A stretch of DNA of 64,000 nucleotides from Escherichia coli (GCF_003991155.1 NZ_CP031293.1), one strand, 5' to 3'; numbered from the stretch's first letter, positions 9,187 through 26,510 are shown. The notes: a model not told the origin generated them from the letters alone. Numbers and translations are program-made.

Positions 9187-10560
9187 TTACTGCGCAGCTT
9201 CCGCCTTCTTCGCCAGCCCATCCAGCAGTTTCTGATGGATCCCACCAAAACCGCCGTTGCTCATCACCAGAATATGGTCGCCAGGCTGAGCGGTTTTCAC
9301 CACCATATCTGCCAGCGTATCCACATCGCCACTCCAGTGTGCAGGCTGAACGCAGGCTTCTGCCACTTCTGCCACCTGCCACGGAATATGCGCCGGTTGC
9401 AGCAGGAAGACTTCATCGGCACGACCTAATGAAGGTGCCAGATCGTCTTTGCAGATCCCCATTTTCATGGTATTCGAGCGCGGTTCCAGCACAGCAATAA
9501 TGCGCGCCGTACCACCAACTTTGCCACGCAGCGCCGCCAGCGTTGCCAGAATCGCCGTCGGGTGATGGGCAAAATCGTCATATACCGTGACGCCATTTGC
9601 TTCACCACGCAATTCCAGACGGCGACGAGCGTTAATAAACGAACCCAGCGCGTTAGCGGCATCTGCCGGCGCTACACCAACATGGCGAGCCGCCGCAATC
9701 GCCATCAGGCCATTGTGCATATTATGTTCGCCTACCAGCGACCATTTCACTTCGCCCACTTTTTCGCCATCCAGCAAGACTTCCCATTCAGAAGCATCGG
9801 TGGTTAGCTTTTTCGCCTGCCAGTGACCCTGCTCGCCCACCAGCTCCTGCTCGCTCCAACAGCCCATCGCCATGGTCTGTTTCAGGTTGATGTCGTTTTC
9901 CGGCCAGATAATACGGCCCTGCCCCGGAACGATACGCACCAGATGGTGGAACTGTTTCTGGATCGCTTTCAGGTCGTCAAAGATATCGGCGTGATCGAAC
10001 TCAAGGTTGTTGAGGATCAGCGTACGCGGGCAGTAATGGACAAATTTAGAGCGTTTGTCGAAGAAGGCGCAGTCGTACTCATCCGCTTCGATAACAAAGA
10101 AGTCGCTTTCGCCCAGACGCGCCGAGACCTCAAAGTTCCCCGGCACACCGCCGATCACAAATCCTGGTTTGTAACCGCACTGTTCCAGAATCCAGGTCGC
10201 CATTCCCGCCGTGGTGGTTTTGCCGTGTGTACCGGCAACGGCCAGCACCCAGCGGTCGCGCAGCACAAAATCGTGCAGCCACTGCGGACCTGACATATAA
10301 GGGATGTTTTTTTCCAGTACCGCTTCCACACACGGATTTCCACGGGTCATGGCGTTGCCAATAATCACCAGATCCGGCTGCGGTTCGAGCTGGCTGGCAT
10401 CGTAACCCTGAATCAGTTCAATGCCTTGCTTCTCAAGTAAGGTGCTCATCGGCGGATACACATTGGCGTCCGAACCCGTTACTTCATGGCCTAACTGGCG
10501 CGCCAGCATCGCCAGACCGCCCATAAACGTGCCACAAATTCCTAAAATATGAATGCGCAT
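9187..10560 (-). CDS. mpl: UDP-N-acetylmuramate:L-alanyl-gamma-D-glutamyl-meso-DAP ligase (457 aa)
   Basis: Translation [31 protein letters not shown]...; Mur ligase motifs. Confidence 0.95.
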
Positions 10561-10735
10561 ACGTCACTATCCTTTTTTAATCTGCCGCTCATTTTACGCA
10601 TATGTCGGGCAAGTGAGAAACGCATTTCAGGATAATCCGCAATTTGCTGGCGCGATTCACCTGAGCGCAACATTGAGATTATTTGTTAAGATTGTTGCGG
10701 TCGCTTTACTCCATAAACATTGCAGGGAAAGTTTT

Positions 10736-11734
10736 ATGAAAACGTTAGGTGAATTTATTGTCGAAAAGCAGCACGAGTTTTCTCATGCTACCGGTGAGCT
10801 CACTGCTTTGCTGTCGGCAATAAAACTGGGCGCCAAGATTATCCATCGCGATATCAACAAAGCAGGACTGGTTGATATCCTGGGTGCCAGCGGTGCTGAG
10901 AACGTGCAGGGCGAGGTTCAGCAGAAACTCGACCTGTTCGCTAATGAGAAACTGAAAGCCGCACTGAAAGCACGCGATATCGTTGCGGGCATTGCCTCTG
11001 AAGAAGAAGATGAGATTGTCGTCTTTGAAGGCTGTGAACACGCAAAATACGTGGTGCTGATGGACCCCCTGGATGGCTCGTCCAACATCGATGTTAACGT
11101 CTCTGTCGGTACCATTTTCTCCATCTACCGCCGCGTTACGCCTGTTGGCACGCCGGTAACGGAAGAAGATTTCCTCCAGCCTGGTAACAAACAGGTTGCG
11201 GCAGGTTACGTGGTATACGGCTCCTCTACTATGCTGGTTTACACCACCGGATGCGGTGTTCACGCCTTTACTTATGATCCTTCGCTGGGTGTTTTCTGCC
11301 TGTGCCAGGAACGGATGCGCTTCCCGGAGAAAGGCAAAACCTACTCCATCAACGAAGGAAACTACATTAAGTTTCCGAACGGGGTGAAGAAGTACATTAA
11401 ATTCTGCCAGGAAGAAGATAAGTCTACCAACCGCCCGTATACCTCACGTTATATCGGTTCACTGGTCGCGGATTTCCACCGTAACCTGCTGAAAGGCGGT
11501 ATTTATCTCTACCCAAGCACCGCCAGCCACCCGGACGGCAAACTGCGTTTACTGTATGAGTGCAACCCGATGGCATTCCTGGCGGAACAAGCGGGCGGTA
11601 AAGCGAGCGATGGCAAAGAGCGTATTCTGGATATTATCCCTGAAACCCTGCACCAGCGCCGTTCGTTCTTTGTCGGCAACGACCATATGGTTGAAGATGT
11701 CGAACGCTTTATCCGTGAGTTCCCGGACGCGTAA
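10736..11734 (+). CDS. fbp: Fructose-1,6-bisphosphatase class I (332 aa)
   Basis: Translation from [15 protein letters not shown]...; ATG at 10736 gives 332 aa (ORF track begins at an upstream in-frame M). Confidence 0.95.
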
Positions 11735-11766
11735 GCTCCTGCGCCTCTCCACACGGAGAGGCGTTT

Positions 11767-12762
11767 TTATCGCTGCGCAATGTTGACTCTTGTCACAGGC
11801 GAACTCTGACGATTCTCCCATAGCACCGTTAATCCACGCTGTAAGGCAATAAAAATGAACAGCAAAATACCGATGGCGATTTTCGTCCACCAGGAACTCA
11901 GCGTGCCATCAAAGTTTATGTAAGTCTGAATCAGTCCCTGAATCGCCACGCCAAAAAGCGTCCCTAATACCGTTCCAACGCCACCACTCAAAAGCGTACC
12001 GCCAATTACCACTGAGGCGATAGCATCCAGTTCCACACCTACGCCCGCCAGTGCATATCCGGCCTGGGTATAAATCGAGAAGACAATCCCCGCCAGCGTT
12101 GCCAGTCCGGTGGAGAGCATATAAATGCGAATAGTGGTGCTGCGAGTGGAAATCCCCATCAGGTTTGCCGACGTTGCGTTGCCGCCAATGGCGTACACCT
12201 GATTACCAAAACGGGTACGATGCGCGAGGAATATGCCGATAACCACCACCGCCAGCATCAGCAGTCCCATCGCACTTAAGCGACCGCCGCCAGGGATTTT
12301 CCACGCAAGGCTTGAGAGCGTGTCATAAACAGGATGATTTATCGGGATCGACTCTTCTGAGATGAGATAGCTGACACCGCGCAAAAAGAACATCCCCGCA
12401 AGGGTAATGATAAACGCCGGGATCTTCAGCGCGTCGATCAGAAGCCCCATAAATGCGCCGAAGGCACAGCCCATCACCAACACCAGCGGAAACTCCAGCA
12501 GCGGCGAGAGGCCGAAATCGCCAATCACTTTTGCCAGAAACACGCCGGTAAAGGCGATCACCGAACCGACGGAGAGATCGATCCCACCGGAGAGGATCAC
12601 AAAGGTAATGCCAACGGCGATGATCCCAAGAAAGGCATTATCGGTCAGGATATTGCAGATCACTCTTGTGGAAGCAAAACCGGGAAACTGCGTCAGACAG
12701 TAGAGATAACCCAGCACAAAGACGCCGATAGTGATCATCAGCGGCAAGTTACGTTTTATCAC
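11767..12762 (-). CDS. yjfF: Galactofuranose ABC transporter permease (331 aa)
   Basis: Polytopic permease translation; ytfQRT-yjfF operon context. Confidence 0.9.
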   Translation of the reverse strand: MIKRNLPLMITIGVFVLGYLYCLTQFPGFASTRVICNILTDNAFLGIIAVGITFVILSGGIDLSVGSVIAFTGVFLAKVIGDFGLSPLLEFPLVLVMGCAFGAFMGLLIDALKIPAFIITLAGMFFLRGVSYLISEESIPINHPVYDTLSSLAWKIPGGGRLSAMGLLMLAVVVIGIFLAHRTRFGNQVYAIGGNATSANLMGISTRSTTIRIYMLSTGLATLAGIVFSIYTQAGYALAGVGVELDAIASVVIGGTLLSGGVGTVLGTLFGVAIQGLIQTYINFDGTLSSWWTKIAIGILLFIFIALQRGLTVLWENRQSSPVTRVNIAQR

Positions 12763-13774
12763 GGCTACGCACTCCTTTAATCAGACTGATAAAGCGTTGC
12801 GACTGAACAATCAGCACGCAAAGCACCACCACCGCTTTTACGACCTGGTTCATCTCCGGCGGAAAGCCAGAAAGCAAAATTCCGGTGTTCATTCCCTGAA
12901 TAATCAGCGCCCCCACCACCGAAAGCAGCAGGTTAAAGCGCCCGCCCATCAGCGATCCACCGCCAATAACCACTGCAAGAATGGCGTCCAGCTCCAGCCA
13001 TAATCCGGCGTTGTTGGCATCGGCACCGCGAATATCCGCCGCCACGATAATGCCCGCAATCGCCGCACACAGCCCGCTCAACACGTAGGTGAGCATGACG
13101 ATGATTCGCGTGTTAACTCCGGCATTTTTTGCCGCCCGAATGTTGATACCAACGGCTTCGATAAACATCCCCAGCGCCGTTTTGCGGGTCAACAGCCAGA
13201 AGAGGAGAAGCGTCAGTACCGCAATAATGACTGGTGTTGGCAGGAACAACAGCGATCCGCTGCCAAACCAGGAGAGATCCGGTGAGTTAAATGTGACGAT
13301 CTGTCCGGAGGTGATCAGTTGCGCCACGCCGCGCCCGGCGACCATCAGGATCAGGGTGGCGACAAACGGCTGAATTTTGAGGATCGCTACCAGTATGCCG
13401 TTCCACAATCCCGCCAGGATGCCAGTGCCCAGGGCGCTTAACAAAACAATCGGCAGGCTGAATCCCGCGACCGTCATCGCAGCCGTTGTGGCTCCGGCGA
13501 TAGCCATCACCGCCCCCACGGAGAGATCAATCCCACCAGTGGCGATCACCAGCGTCATACCAATCGCCAACAGCGCAACGGGGGCGGCGCGATTAAGAAT
13601 GTCGATAGGGCTACCGAACAAACGCCCATCCTGAAGCACAACCTGCCAGAAATGCGGGGCCACCAGACTGTCGACCAGCAGCACCAGCAATAGCGCTACC
13701 AGTTGCGGCATCCCCGTCGGCCAGCGAAAACGCCTTTTCGGCGGCGTAGTGTCCGGGAGAGATTGAGGCATCAC
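12749..13774 (-). CDS. ytfT: Galactofuranose ABC transporter permease (about 341 aa; GTG at 13774 or ATG at 13771)
   Basis: Translation ...MPQSLPDTTPPKRRFRWPTG...; AAGGAG RBS 6 nt upstream of GTG. Confidence 0.88.
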   Translation of the reverse strand: MMPQSLPDTTPPKRRFRWPTGMPQLVALLLVLLVDSLVAPHFWQVVLQDGRLFGSPIDILNRAAPVALLAIGMTLVIATGGIDLSVGAVMAIAGATTAAMTVAGFSLPIVLLSALGTGILAGLWNGILVAILKIQPFVATLILMVAGRGVAQLITSGQIVTFNSPDLSWFGSGSLLFLPTPVIIAVLTLLLFWLLTRKTALGMFIEAVGINIRAAKNAGVNTRIIVMLTYVLSGLCAAIAGIIVAADIRGADANNAGLWLELDAILAVVIGGGSLMGGRFNLLLSVVGALIIQGMNTGILLSGFPPEMNQVVKAVVVLCVLIVQSQRFISLIKGVRSRDKT

Positions 13775-13784
13775 ACTGTTCTCC

Positions 13785-15287
13785 TTACGCCGCAATGGCG
13801 TTCATGATCGCCGGAACGGAAAGCTCTGCCAGCGGGATCTCCGCCACCTGTTTGCGATCGCGCATGATAATCACCCGATCGGCATAGCCCACCAGTTCTT
13901 CCAGTTCGGAGGAGATCACCAGCAGCGCCAGTCCATCGGCGCACAGCGTTTCAATCAGGCGGATGATCTCGGCGTGGGCACCAACATCAATGCCGCGGGT
14001 TGGCTCATCGAGGATCAGAAATTGCGGTCGGGTCAGTAGCCAACGTGAAAGCAACACTTTTTGCTGATTGCCGCCGGAGAGAAATTCAATCGGTTGTTCA
14101 GTTGAAGGTGTGCGAATGCCAAGCTGGCGGATAAAGCGTTCGGCAATTTCTTGCTGTTCTTTGCGGGAAATCGGTCGTAGCCAGCCGCGCTGGGCCTGGA
14201 GAGCGAGGATGATATTTTCCCGCACCGAGGCGGCAGCGATGATGCCATCGGTTTTCCTGTCTTCCGGGCAGAAGCCGATACCCAGTACCGAAGCCTGATG
14301 TGGCGATCGCAGGGTTTGCGGTTTGCCTTTGATCAGCGCCGTGCCGCTGTCAGCAGGTTTGATACCGAAGATCACTTCGGCGGTTTCGGTACGTCCTGAT
14401 CCCAGCAACCCTGCCAGGCCGACGATCTCGCCGGGGCGCACTTCGAGATCAAACGGTGCGATCGTTCCTTTTTTGCCGTAATTTTTGAACGCTGCAACGG
14501 GTTTGTCGCTCAACAATGTTCGCCCGGCACGCTGTAGCGCGTGAGTGTCCAGCTCGCGCCCCAGCATCATTTTTACTAGTTCGATCTGCGGTAGCTCGCG
14601 GGTTTCCCGACAGCCTACGAAACTGCCGTTGCGTAAGACGGTGATCCGATCGCTGACCTGATAGACCTGATCGAGAAAGTGAGTAACGAAGATCAGGCTG
14701 ACGCCGCGATCGCGCAACTGCCGCATCAGGCCAAACAGTAACTCTACTTCCTGAGTGTCGAGACTGGCAGTGGGTTCATCGAGGATCAGCACTTTGGCAG
14801 AGAGATCGATAGCCCGGCAAATGGCGACGATTTGCTGCATCGCCACTGAAAAGCGGTTGAGCGGTTCGCGCACGTCGAGGGAGAAACCGTAAGATGCCAT
14901 CAGTTCGGTGGCGCGCTTTTCCATCTCTTTACGGCGTAGAAGGCCGAAACGTTTGGGTTCGCGACCTATGAATAGATTATCAGCGACCGACATATTGGGT
15001 AGCAGGTTGACTTCCTGATAGACGGTGCCGATGCCGAGTTGTTGTGCGTGGGCGGTATTTTTCGGTGAGATTGCCTGGCCTTCCAGCCAGATGGTGCCGC
15101 GATCGGCGTGGTATACACCGGTTAAGGCTTTGATTAGCGTTGATTTTCCCGCCCCGTTTTCACCGAGCAGCGCCATAATTTCGCCGCGGCGCAGGCTGAA
15201 ATCAACGTTGTCTAACGCTTTGACGCCGGGGAAAAATTTACTTAATCCTTCGGTGCGGAGGATTTCCTGGTGTTGGTTAGTATTCAT
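13785..15287 (-). CDS. ytfR: Galactofuranose ABC transporter ATP-binding protein, duplicated ABC domains (500 aa)
   Basis: Translation from MNTNQHQEILRTEGLSKFF with two Walker A/LSGG motifs; RBS GGGGGAA upstream of ATG at 15287. Confidence 0.92.
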   Translation of the reverse strand: MNTNQHQEILRTEGLSKFFPGVKALDNVDFSLRRGEIMALLGENGAGKSTLIKALTGVYHADRGTIWLEGQAISPKNTAHAQQLGIGTVYQEVNLLPNMSVADNLFIGREPKRFGLLRRKEMEKRATELMASYGFSLDVREPLNRFSVAMQQIVAICRAIDLSAKVLILDEPTASLDTQEVELLFGLMRQLRDRGVSLIFVTHFLDQVYQVSDRITVLRNGSFVGCRETRELPQIELVKMMLGRELDTHALQRAGRTLLSDKPVAAFKNYGKKGTIAPFDLEVRPGEIVGLAGLLGSGRTETAEVIFGIKPADSGTALIKGKPQTLRSPHQASVLGIGFCPEDRKTDGIIAAASVRENIILALQAQRGWLRPISRKEQQEIAERFIRQLGIRTPSTEQPIEFLSGGNQQKVLLSRWLLTRPQFLILDEPTRGIDVGAHAEIIRLIETLCADGLALLVISSELEELVGYADRVIIMRDRKQVAEIPLAELSVPAIMNAIAA

Positions 15288-15329
15288 AGTTTCCCCCGGT
15301 GTAAAGCGTGCGTCAGATAAGACACAACT

Positions 15330-15419
15330 GCGTCGCATCAGGCATCTCGCACAACCGCCGGATGCGGCGTGAATGCCTTATCCGGCGGCCCACAAGTCGG
15401 CATCAGGCATTGATGCCCC
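15330..15419. repeat. REP/BIME-type extragenic palindromes (includes GCCGGATGCGGCGTGAATGCCTTATCCGGC)
   Basis: REP consensus visible between ytfR and ytfQ. Confidence 0.8.
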
Positions 15420-16376
15420 TCAATACCCCATATTTTTCTTCTTCTCTAACTCTTCTTTTGCGGTATCAGGCAGATAAAGGGTGGATTTGGTCAGGGTCAG
15501 CTTTTCAGGCATGGTGCCGTCTTTTTTGTATTTCTCCAGCGCATCAAAAGCGGGGCCTGCCATGTTCGGCGTCAGTTCAACGCTGGCGTTCGCTTCGCCA
15601 TCAATCATCGCTTTGTAGATGTCCGGCACGCCGTCGATAGAGCCTGTCAGGATATCTTTGCCCGGTTTCAGGCCCGCTTCTTTAATTGCCTGAATTGCAC
15701 CAATCACCATGTCATCGTTATGGGCGTAAACCATGCAGATGTTTTTGCCGTTGTTTTCCGCTTTGATAAAGCTCTCCATCACTTCTTTGCCTTTGCTGCG
15801 GGTGAAGTCACCTGACTGCGAGCGGATAATTTTGATATTTGGCGCATTCTTAATGGCTTCGGCAAAGCCTTTCTTACGGTCAATGGCGACGCTGGCCCCA
15901 ACGGTGCCCTGCAGCTCCACCACGTTGCATGGTTTGCCATTCACTTCTTTTACCAGCCAGTCACCAATCAACTTGCCTTCGAGGATGTTGTCGGCGGTGA
16001 CAGTGGTCATATAGAGAGATTTGTCTTTCACATCGATGGAACGATCGAGCAAGAAGACCGGGATTTCGGCATCTTTCGCCTCTTTTAATACCGGCTCCCA
16101 ACCGGTCGCTACCACTGGAGCGATAAAGATCGCATCCACCCCTTGCGCGACGAAGGAACGTACCGCTTTAATCTGGTTTTCCTGCTTTTGCTGACCATCG
16201 GCAATTTTCAACGTAATTCCGCGCTTTTCGGCTTCACTTTTCGCCACATTGGTTTCTGCGGCGCGCCAGCCGGATTCCGATCCGACCTGCGAAAATCCAA
16301 CGGTTAATGGAGCAGCCAACGCCATAGACGACATGGCTGCCGAGACTGCAGAGACTACAAGTAAGCGTTTCCACAT
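15420..16376 (-). CDS. ytfQ: Periplasmic galactofuranose-binding protein (318 aa)
   Basis: Translation MWKRLLVVSAVSAAMSSMALAAPLTVGFSQ... with signal peptide. Confidence 0.93.
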   Translation of the reverse strand: MWKRLLVVSAVSAAMSSMALAAPLTVGFSQVGSESGWRAAETNVAKSEAEKRGITLKIADGQQKQENQIKAVRSFVAQGVDAIFIAPVVATGWEPVLKEAKDAEIPVFLLDRSIDVKDKSLYMTTVTADNILEGKLIGDWLVKEVNGKPCNVVELQGTVGASVAIDRKKGFAEAIKNAPNIKIIRSQSGDFTRSKGKEVMESFIKAENNGKNICMVYAHNDDMVIGAIQAIKEAGLKPGKDILTGSIDGVPDIYKAMIDGEANASVELTPNMAGPAFDALEKYKKDGTMPEKLTLTKSTLYLPDTAKEELEKKKNMGY

Positions 16377-16685
16377 AGGGTTGTCCTCGTCGGGGTAATT
16401 ATTATTGGTGAAAAGATGTTCGCGAAAAAACTATAGACAATTCGTTATGTAACGGATTGCGTTACATCACACTTCAAAAAAGTAAATAAAACGTTAATCA
16501 CAAGTTTGTAATCGCTTTCATCTCACTATGAAAAATGCGGCTACGGTTATGGATTTTCCTGCTCTTTAAACCACCTTAAAACTGGCTAAAAAGGAAAATG
16601 AAGAAGAAAACAAGCGAAGACATTCGGCGCGAGTTGGCTATAATACTCGGCACTTGTTTGCCACATATTTTTAAAGGAAACAGAC

Positions 16686-17216
16686 ATGAGCTTACTCAAC
16701 GTCCCTGCGGGTAAAGATCTGCCGGAAGACATCTACGTTGTTATTGAGATCCCGGCTAACGCAGATCCGATCAAATACGAAATCGACAAAGAGAGCGGCG
16801 CACTGTTCGTTGACCGCTTCATGTCCACCGCGATGTTCTATCCGTGCAACTACGGTTACATCAACCACACCCTGTCTCTGGACGGCGACCCGGTTGACGT
16901 ACTGGTCCCGACTCCGTACCCGCTGCAGCCGGGTTCTGTGATCCGCTGCCGTCCGGTTGGCGTACTGAAAATGACCGACGAAGCCGGTGAAGATGCGAAA
17001 CTGATTGCTGTTCCGCACACCAAGCTGAGCAAAGAATACGATCACATTAAAGACGTTAACGATCTGCCAGAGCTGCTGAAAGCGCAAATCGCTCACTTCT
17101 TCGAGCACTACAAAGACCTCGAAAAAGGCAAGTGGGTGAAAGTTGAAGGCTGGGAAAACGCAGAAGCCGCTAAAGCTGAAATCGTTGCCTCCTTCGAGCG
17201 CGCAAAGAATAAATAA
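16686..17216 (+). CDS. ppa: Inorganic pyrophosphatase (176 aa)
   Basis: Translation [38 protein letters not shown]... matches Ppa. Confidence 0.97.
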   Translation: MSLLNVPAGKDLPEDIYVVIEIPANADPIKYEIDKESGALFVDRFMSTAMFYPCNYGYINHTLSLDGDPVDVLVPTPYPLQPGSVIRCRPVGVLKMTDEAGEDAKLIAVPHTKLSKEYDHIKDVNDLPELLKAQIAHFFEHYKDLEKGKWVKVEGWENAEAAKAEIVASFERAKNK

Positions 17217-17294
17217 GTTCTTCTAGCGTAATAACCCTGAACGCCGGGCTTCGGTTAGTAGGGGTTTTTTATGCCCGCGATAAATAAACACACC

Positions 17295-17645
17295 TTATTC
17301 CACCACCGCCTGCAAACGTAATAACGCCTCTTCCACCACCTCACCCGCAGCCAGACCAATACGCTTTGCCAGTCGGGCGCGTAAATCCATCATCCGCACC
17401 TGATTCACCAGCACCACGCCGTGCACATCGCCTTCTTCGCAATGTAAAGGAACGCTAAATCCGGCATAACGGGCAAAATTTCCGCCCTGCGTAATGGGGG
17501 CCACCAGCGTCATTCCCAGTTGATTAAAGGCTTGAACGGAGAGCACAAGCGCAGGTCGACCAGCACCTTGCTGTTCATGGCCGCTTGCTGGATCAAAGCC
17601 AACCAGCACAATGTCTCCCCGTTCAAATTCACTTTTCTTTACCAT
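17295..17645 (-). CDS. chpB: MazF-family toxin endoribonuclease ChpB (116 aa)
   Basis: Translation MVKKSEFERGDIVLVGFDPASGHEQQGAGRPALVLS... Confidence 0.93.
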   Translation of the reverse strand: MVKKSEFERGDIVLVGFDPASGHEQQGAGRPALVLSVQAFNQLGMTLVAPITQGGNFARYAGFSVPLHCEEGDVHGVVLVNQVRMMDLRARLAKRIGLAAGEVVEEALLRLQAVVE

Positions 17646-17890
17646 ATTTCGTCACCCGCAGGGGTGGATTTACCCCAGACATCCTGCTCGCTAAGTTCCG
17701 TGGCGTTCATGTCACACTGTGCCAGCAGTTCATCAAGCGAGTAGCGCCTGGAGATGGGTGTCAGAATCAGTTGATTGTTGCTCACTTGCGCCTCCACGCT
17801 CTGCCCCGGCCGTAAGTTAAGTTCTTTCATCACAACATTAGGAATGACCATACCTGAACTGTTCCCCCATCTTTTTATGGTAATACGCAT
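17639..17890 (-). CDS. chpS: Antitoxin ChpS (83 aa, AbrB/MazE fold)
   Basis: Translation MRITIKRWGNSSGMVIPNVVMKELNL...; overlaps chpB start. Confidence 0.9.
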   Translation of the reverse strand: MRITIKRWGNSSGMVIPNVVMKELNLRPGQSVEAQVSNNQLILTPISRRYSLDELLAQCDMNATELSEQDVWGKSTPAGDEIW

Positions 17891-18101
17891 CTGCACCTCC
17901 TTAAGTTATACAAAGTATAACTCACGGTGCTACAGGAAACGTTTTACCCCTGCGCATTTGTGAACGCCAGCAGAGTTTTTTATGCGTTAACAGATATGGA
18001 AAGCGGCTCGGAGAGAAAAGCAAAAGGTGAGGGAATTACAAAACAGAATGCGAGTCGTCTCGCAAAAAACAACGCCACCCGAAGGTGGCGTATGCGTATG
18101 G

Positions 18102-18443
18102 TTACTTATCCCTGTCTAACCAGTCGCCGCTTTCAATTAGCTTTAATCCATCGACGGGTCGTTGATAAACGTACATCCATGCACTCCCGTACGGCGTCTG
18201 AATCAACTGGCGCGCGTATTCACCGCCCCTGGTGCGCAAGGCATCAAGTTCGGCCAGCGTGGCGTTGTCAATACGATAAACTTCACCGTGTACTGTTCCG
18301 TTCCCCGGAACTGCGCCTGGATAGTGGCCCAGGCTATACAACTGGTAGTTATCGATACTGAAATCGCCCAGTAACTGGGCATTGGTCATCCAGTGACTGT
18401 TGCCTTGTTTGTGGCGTAAACTGCCGTAGACAAATATTCGCAT
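18102..18443 (-). CDS. ytfP: Gamma-glutamylcyclotransferase-family protein (113 aa)
   Basis: Translation MRIFVYGSLRHKQGNSHWM... (AIG2-like YGSL motif). Confidence 0.9.
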   Translation of the reverse strand: MRIFVYGSLRHKQGNSHWMTNAQLLGDFSIDNYQLYSLGHYPGAVPGNGTVHGEVYRIDNATLAELDALRTRGGEYARQLIQTPYGSAWMYVYQRPVDGLKLIESGDWLDRDK

Positions 18444-18445
18444 TG

Positions 18446-23997
<5,552 letters not shown>

Positions 23998-24160
23998 TTA
24001 AACGGCTTAACAAAAATCCAGTAATATGGATTAAAAAGCAGACTAAACCCCAAATATTTCTTATGTTTTACTTTAGACCTATTCACAGCGGTTATTGTGT
24101 GCAAATACGCCTCTTGTTACAACCTTAACCCCAATGACCGATTTTCGGGAGAGCGACACC

Positions 24161-24799
24161 ATGAGTTTATTTGATAAAAAGCATCTGGTTTCCCCCGCCG
24201 ATGCCCTGCCTGGACGTAACACCCCGATGCCCGTAGCCACGCTGCATGCGGTCAACGGTCACTCAATGACCAATGTACCTGACGGAATGGAGATTGCCAT
24301 TTTTGCGATGGGTTGTTTCTGGGGGGTGGAGCGTCTGTTCTGGCAGTTACCCGGCGTTTACAGCACCGCCGCAGGCTATACCGGCGGCTATACGCCAAAT
24401 CCGACTTATCGGGAAGTGTGCTCCGGCGATACTGGCCATGCCGAAGCGGTGCGCATTGTTTACGATCCATCCGTCATCAGCTATGAGCAGTTGCTACAAG
24501 TATTTTGGGAGAATCACGATCCCGCCCAGGGAATGCGTCAGGGCAATGACCACGGTACGCAGTATCGTTCAGCGATTTATCCTCTGACCCCAGAACAGGA
24601 TGCCGCCGCTCGCGCCAGTCTGGAACGTTTTCAGGCGGCGATGCTTGCCGCCGATGACGATCGTCGCATCACCACGGAAATCGCTAACGCCACACCGTTT
24701 TATTATGCCGAAGATGACCACCAGCAATATCTGCATAAAAACCCGTATGGTTACTGTGGAATTGGCGGAATTGGCGTCTGTCTGCCGCCGGAAGCATAG
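24161..24799 (+). CDS. msrA: Peptide methionine sulfoxide reductase A (212 aa)
   Basis: Translation from [22 protein letters not shown]...GCFWG motif; ATG at 24161. Confidence 0.95.
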   Translation: MSLFDKKHLVSPADALPGRNTPMPVATLHAVNGHSMTNVPDGMEIAIFAMGCFWGVERLFWQLPGVYSTAAGYTGGYTPNPTYREVCSGDTGHAEAVRIVYDPSVISYEQLLQVFWENHDPAQGMRQGNDHGTQYRSAIYPLTPEQDAAARASLERFQAAMLAADDDRRITTEIANATPFYYAEDDHQQYLHKNPYGYCGIGGIGVCLPPEA

Positions 24800-24846
24800 C
24801 GTTACGGGTACAAATGTAGATTGTTGATAAAGTGCTATTTGTCTAT

Positions 24847-24942
24847 GCCGGATGCGGCGTAAACGCCTTGCCAGGCCTACAAAATCGTCCAAAATCAATA
24901 AATTGTGGGGACTGCGTAGGCCTGTTCGGCATAGCGCATCAG
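24847..24942. repeat. REP elements downstream of msrA
   Basis: GCCGGATGCGGCGTAAACGCCTTGCCAGGCCTAC and a second inverted copy. Confidence 0.75.
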
Positions 24943-25121
24943 CCAGTTTTTCATTTTTCAGCTGTCTGAATTTTAACCCTCTGGCGGCTTTACAGTACCT
25001 TACGCTATACTAGCCACTGAAAATGCCGGTTCACTTTCTTCGAATCGGCTTTCAATGTGTATTTCACACAAATTAATCAACTTCCCCTTCCGAGGATCTG
25101 GCCTAAAAGGTCGGATAAGAT

Positions 25122-26465
25122 ATGTTAAACAGTATTTTAGTCATACTCTGTTTGATCGCTGTAAGTGCGTTCTTCTCGATGTCCGAGATCTCGCTTGCCG
25201 CCTCACGCAAAATCAAACTTAAACTGCTGGCTGATGAAGGCAATATAAATGCCCAACGCGTTCTGAATATGCAGGAAAATCCCGGCATGTTCTTTACCGT
25301 GGTCCAAATCGGTCTGAACGCAGTGGCGATTCTCGGCGGTATCGTCGGTGATGCGGCATTTTCTCCAGCTTTTCACAGCCTGTTCTCCCGCTATATGTCG
25401 GCAGAACTCTCTGAGCAACTGAGCTTTATTCTCTCTTTCTCGTTAGTGACTGGCATGTTTATCCTGTTTGCGGATTTAACCCCGAAACGCATCGGTATGA
25501 TTGCGCCAGAAGCTGTGGCTTTGCGTATCATCAACCCGATGCGCTTCTGCCTGTACGTTTGCACCCCGCTGGTGTGGTTCTTCAACGGACTGGCGAACAT
25601 AATCTTCCGTATTTTCAAACTGCCAATGGTACGTAAAGATGACATCACTTCTGATGACATCTACGCGGTAGTGGAAGCCGGTGCGCTGGCAGGCGTGTTA
25701 CGTAAACAGGAACACGAGCTGATTGAAAACGTCTTTGAGCTGGAATCCCGTACCGTTCCGTCTTCAATGACACCGCGTGAAAACGTGATTTGGTTTGATC
25801 TCCACGAAGATGAGCAAAGTCTGAAGAATAAGGTGGCGGAACATCCGCACTCTAAGTTTCTCGTCTGTAATGAAGATATTGACCACATCATCGGATATGT
25901 CGATTCTAAAGACCTGCTGAACCGCGTGCTGGCTAACCAAAGCCTGGCACTGAACAGCGGCGTACAAATTCGCAACACGCTGATTGTGCCGGATACGTTA
26001 ACCCTTTCAGAAGCGTTGGAAAGTTTTAAAACCGCAGGTGAAGACTTCGCGGTGATCATGAACGAGTACGCGCTGGTAGTGGGGATCATCACCCTCAACG
26101 ACGTGATGACCACGCTGATGGGCGATCTGGTCGGTCAGGGGCTGGAAGAGCAGATTGTCGCCCGTGATGAGAACTCATGGCTGATTGACGGCGGCACCCC
26201 GATTGACGACGTCATGCGCGTGCTGGATATTGACGAGTTCCCGCAGTCGGGCAACTACGAAACCATCGGCGGCTTTATGATGTTTATGCTGCGTAAGATC
26301 CCGAAACGCACCGATTCGGTGAAATTCGCCGGCTACAAATTTGAAGTTGTGGATATCGATAACTACCGCATCGACCAGCTGCTGGTGACCCGAATCGACA
26401 GCAAGGCCACCGCCCTTTCGCCAAAACTGCCTGACGCTAAAGATAAAGAAGAAAGCGTCGCGTAA
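25122..26465 (+). CDS. ytfL: CNNM/HlyC-CorC family membrane protein with CBS domains (447 aa)
   Basis: Translation MLNSILVILCLIAVSAFFSMSEISLAASRKIKL... Confidence 0.9.
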   Translation: MLNSILVILCLIAVSAFFSMSEISLAASRKIKLKLLADEGNINAQRVLNMQENPGMFFTVVQIGLNAVAILGGIVGDAAFSPAFHSLFSRYMSAELSEQLSFILSFSLVTGMFILFADLTPKRIGMIAPEAVALRIINPMRFCLYVCTPLVWFFNGLANIIFRIFKLPMVRKDDITSDDIYAVVEAGALAGVLRKQEHELIENVFELESRTVPSSMTPRENVIWFDLHEDEQSLKNKVAEHPHSKFLVCNEDIDHIIGYVDSKDLLNRVLANQSLALNSGVQIRNTLIVPDTLTLSEALESFKTAGEDFAVIMNEYALVVGIITLNDVMTTLMGDLVGQGLEEQIVARDENSWLIDGGTPIDDVMRVLDIDEFPQSGNYETIGGFMMFMLRKIPKRTDSVKFAGYKFEVVDIDNYRIDQLLVTRIDSKATALSPKLPDAKDKEESVA

Positions 26466-26482
26466 CCCCAGAAACATCAACG

Positions 26483-26510
26483 GCTCCCGAATCAGGAGCC
26501 GTCTTATTAC
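26483..26510 (+). terminator. Stem-loop GGCTCC-CGAATCA-GGAGCC followed by T-rich tail after ytfL
   Basis: Read directly after ytfL stop. Confidence 0.55.

Noticed and set aside
17927-18361. 144-aa plus-strand ORF
   Set aside because: Overlaps ytfP on the opposite strand; Arg-rich translation; no RBS.
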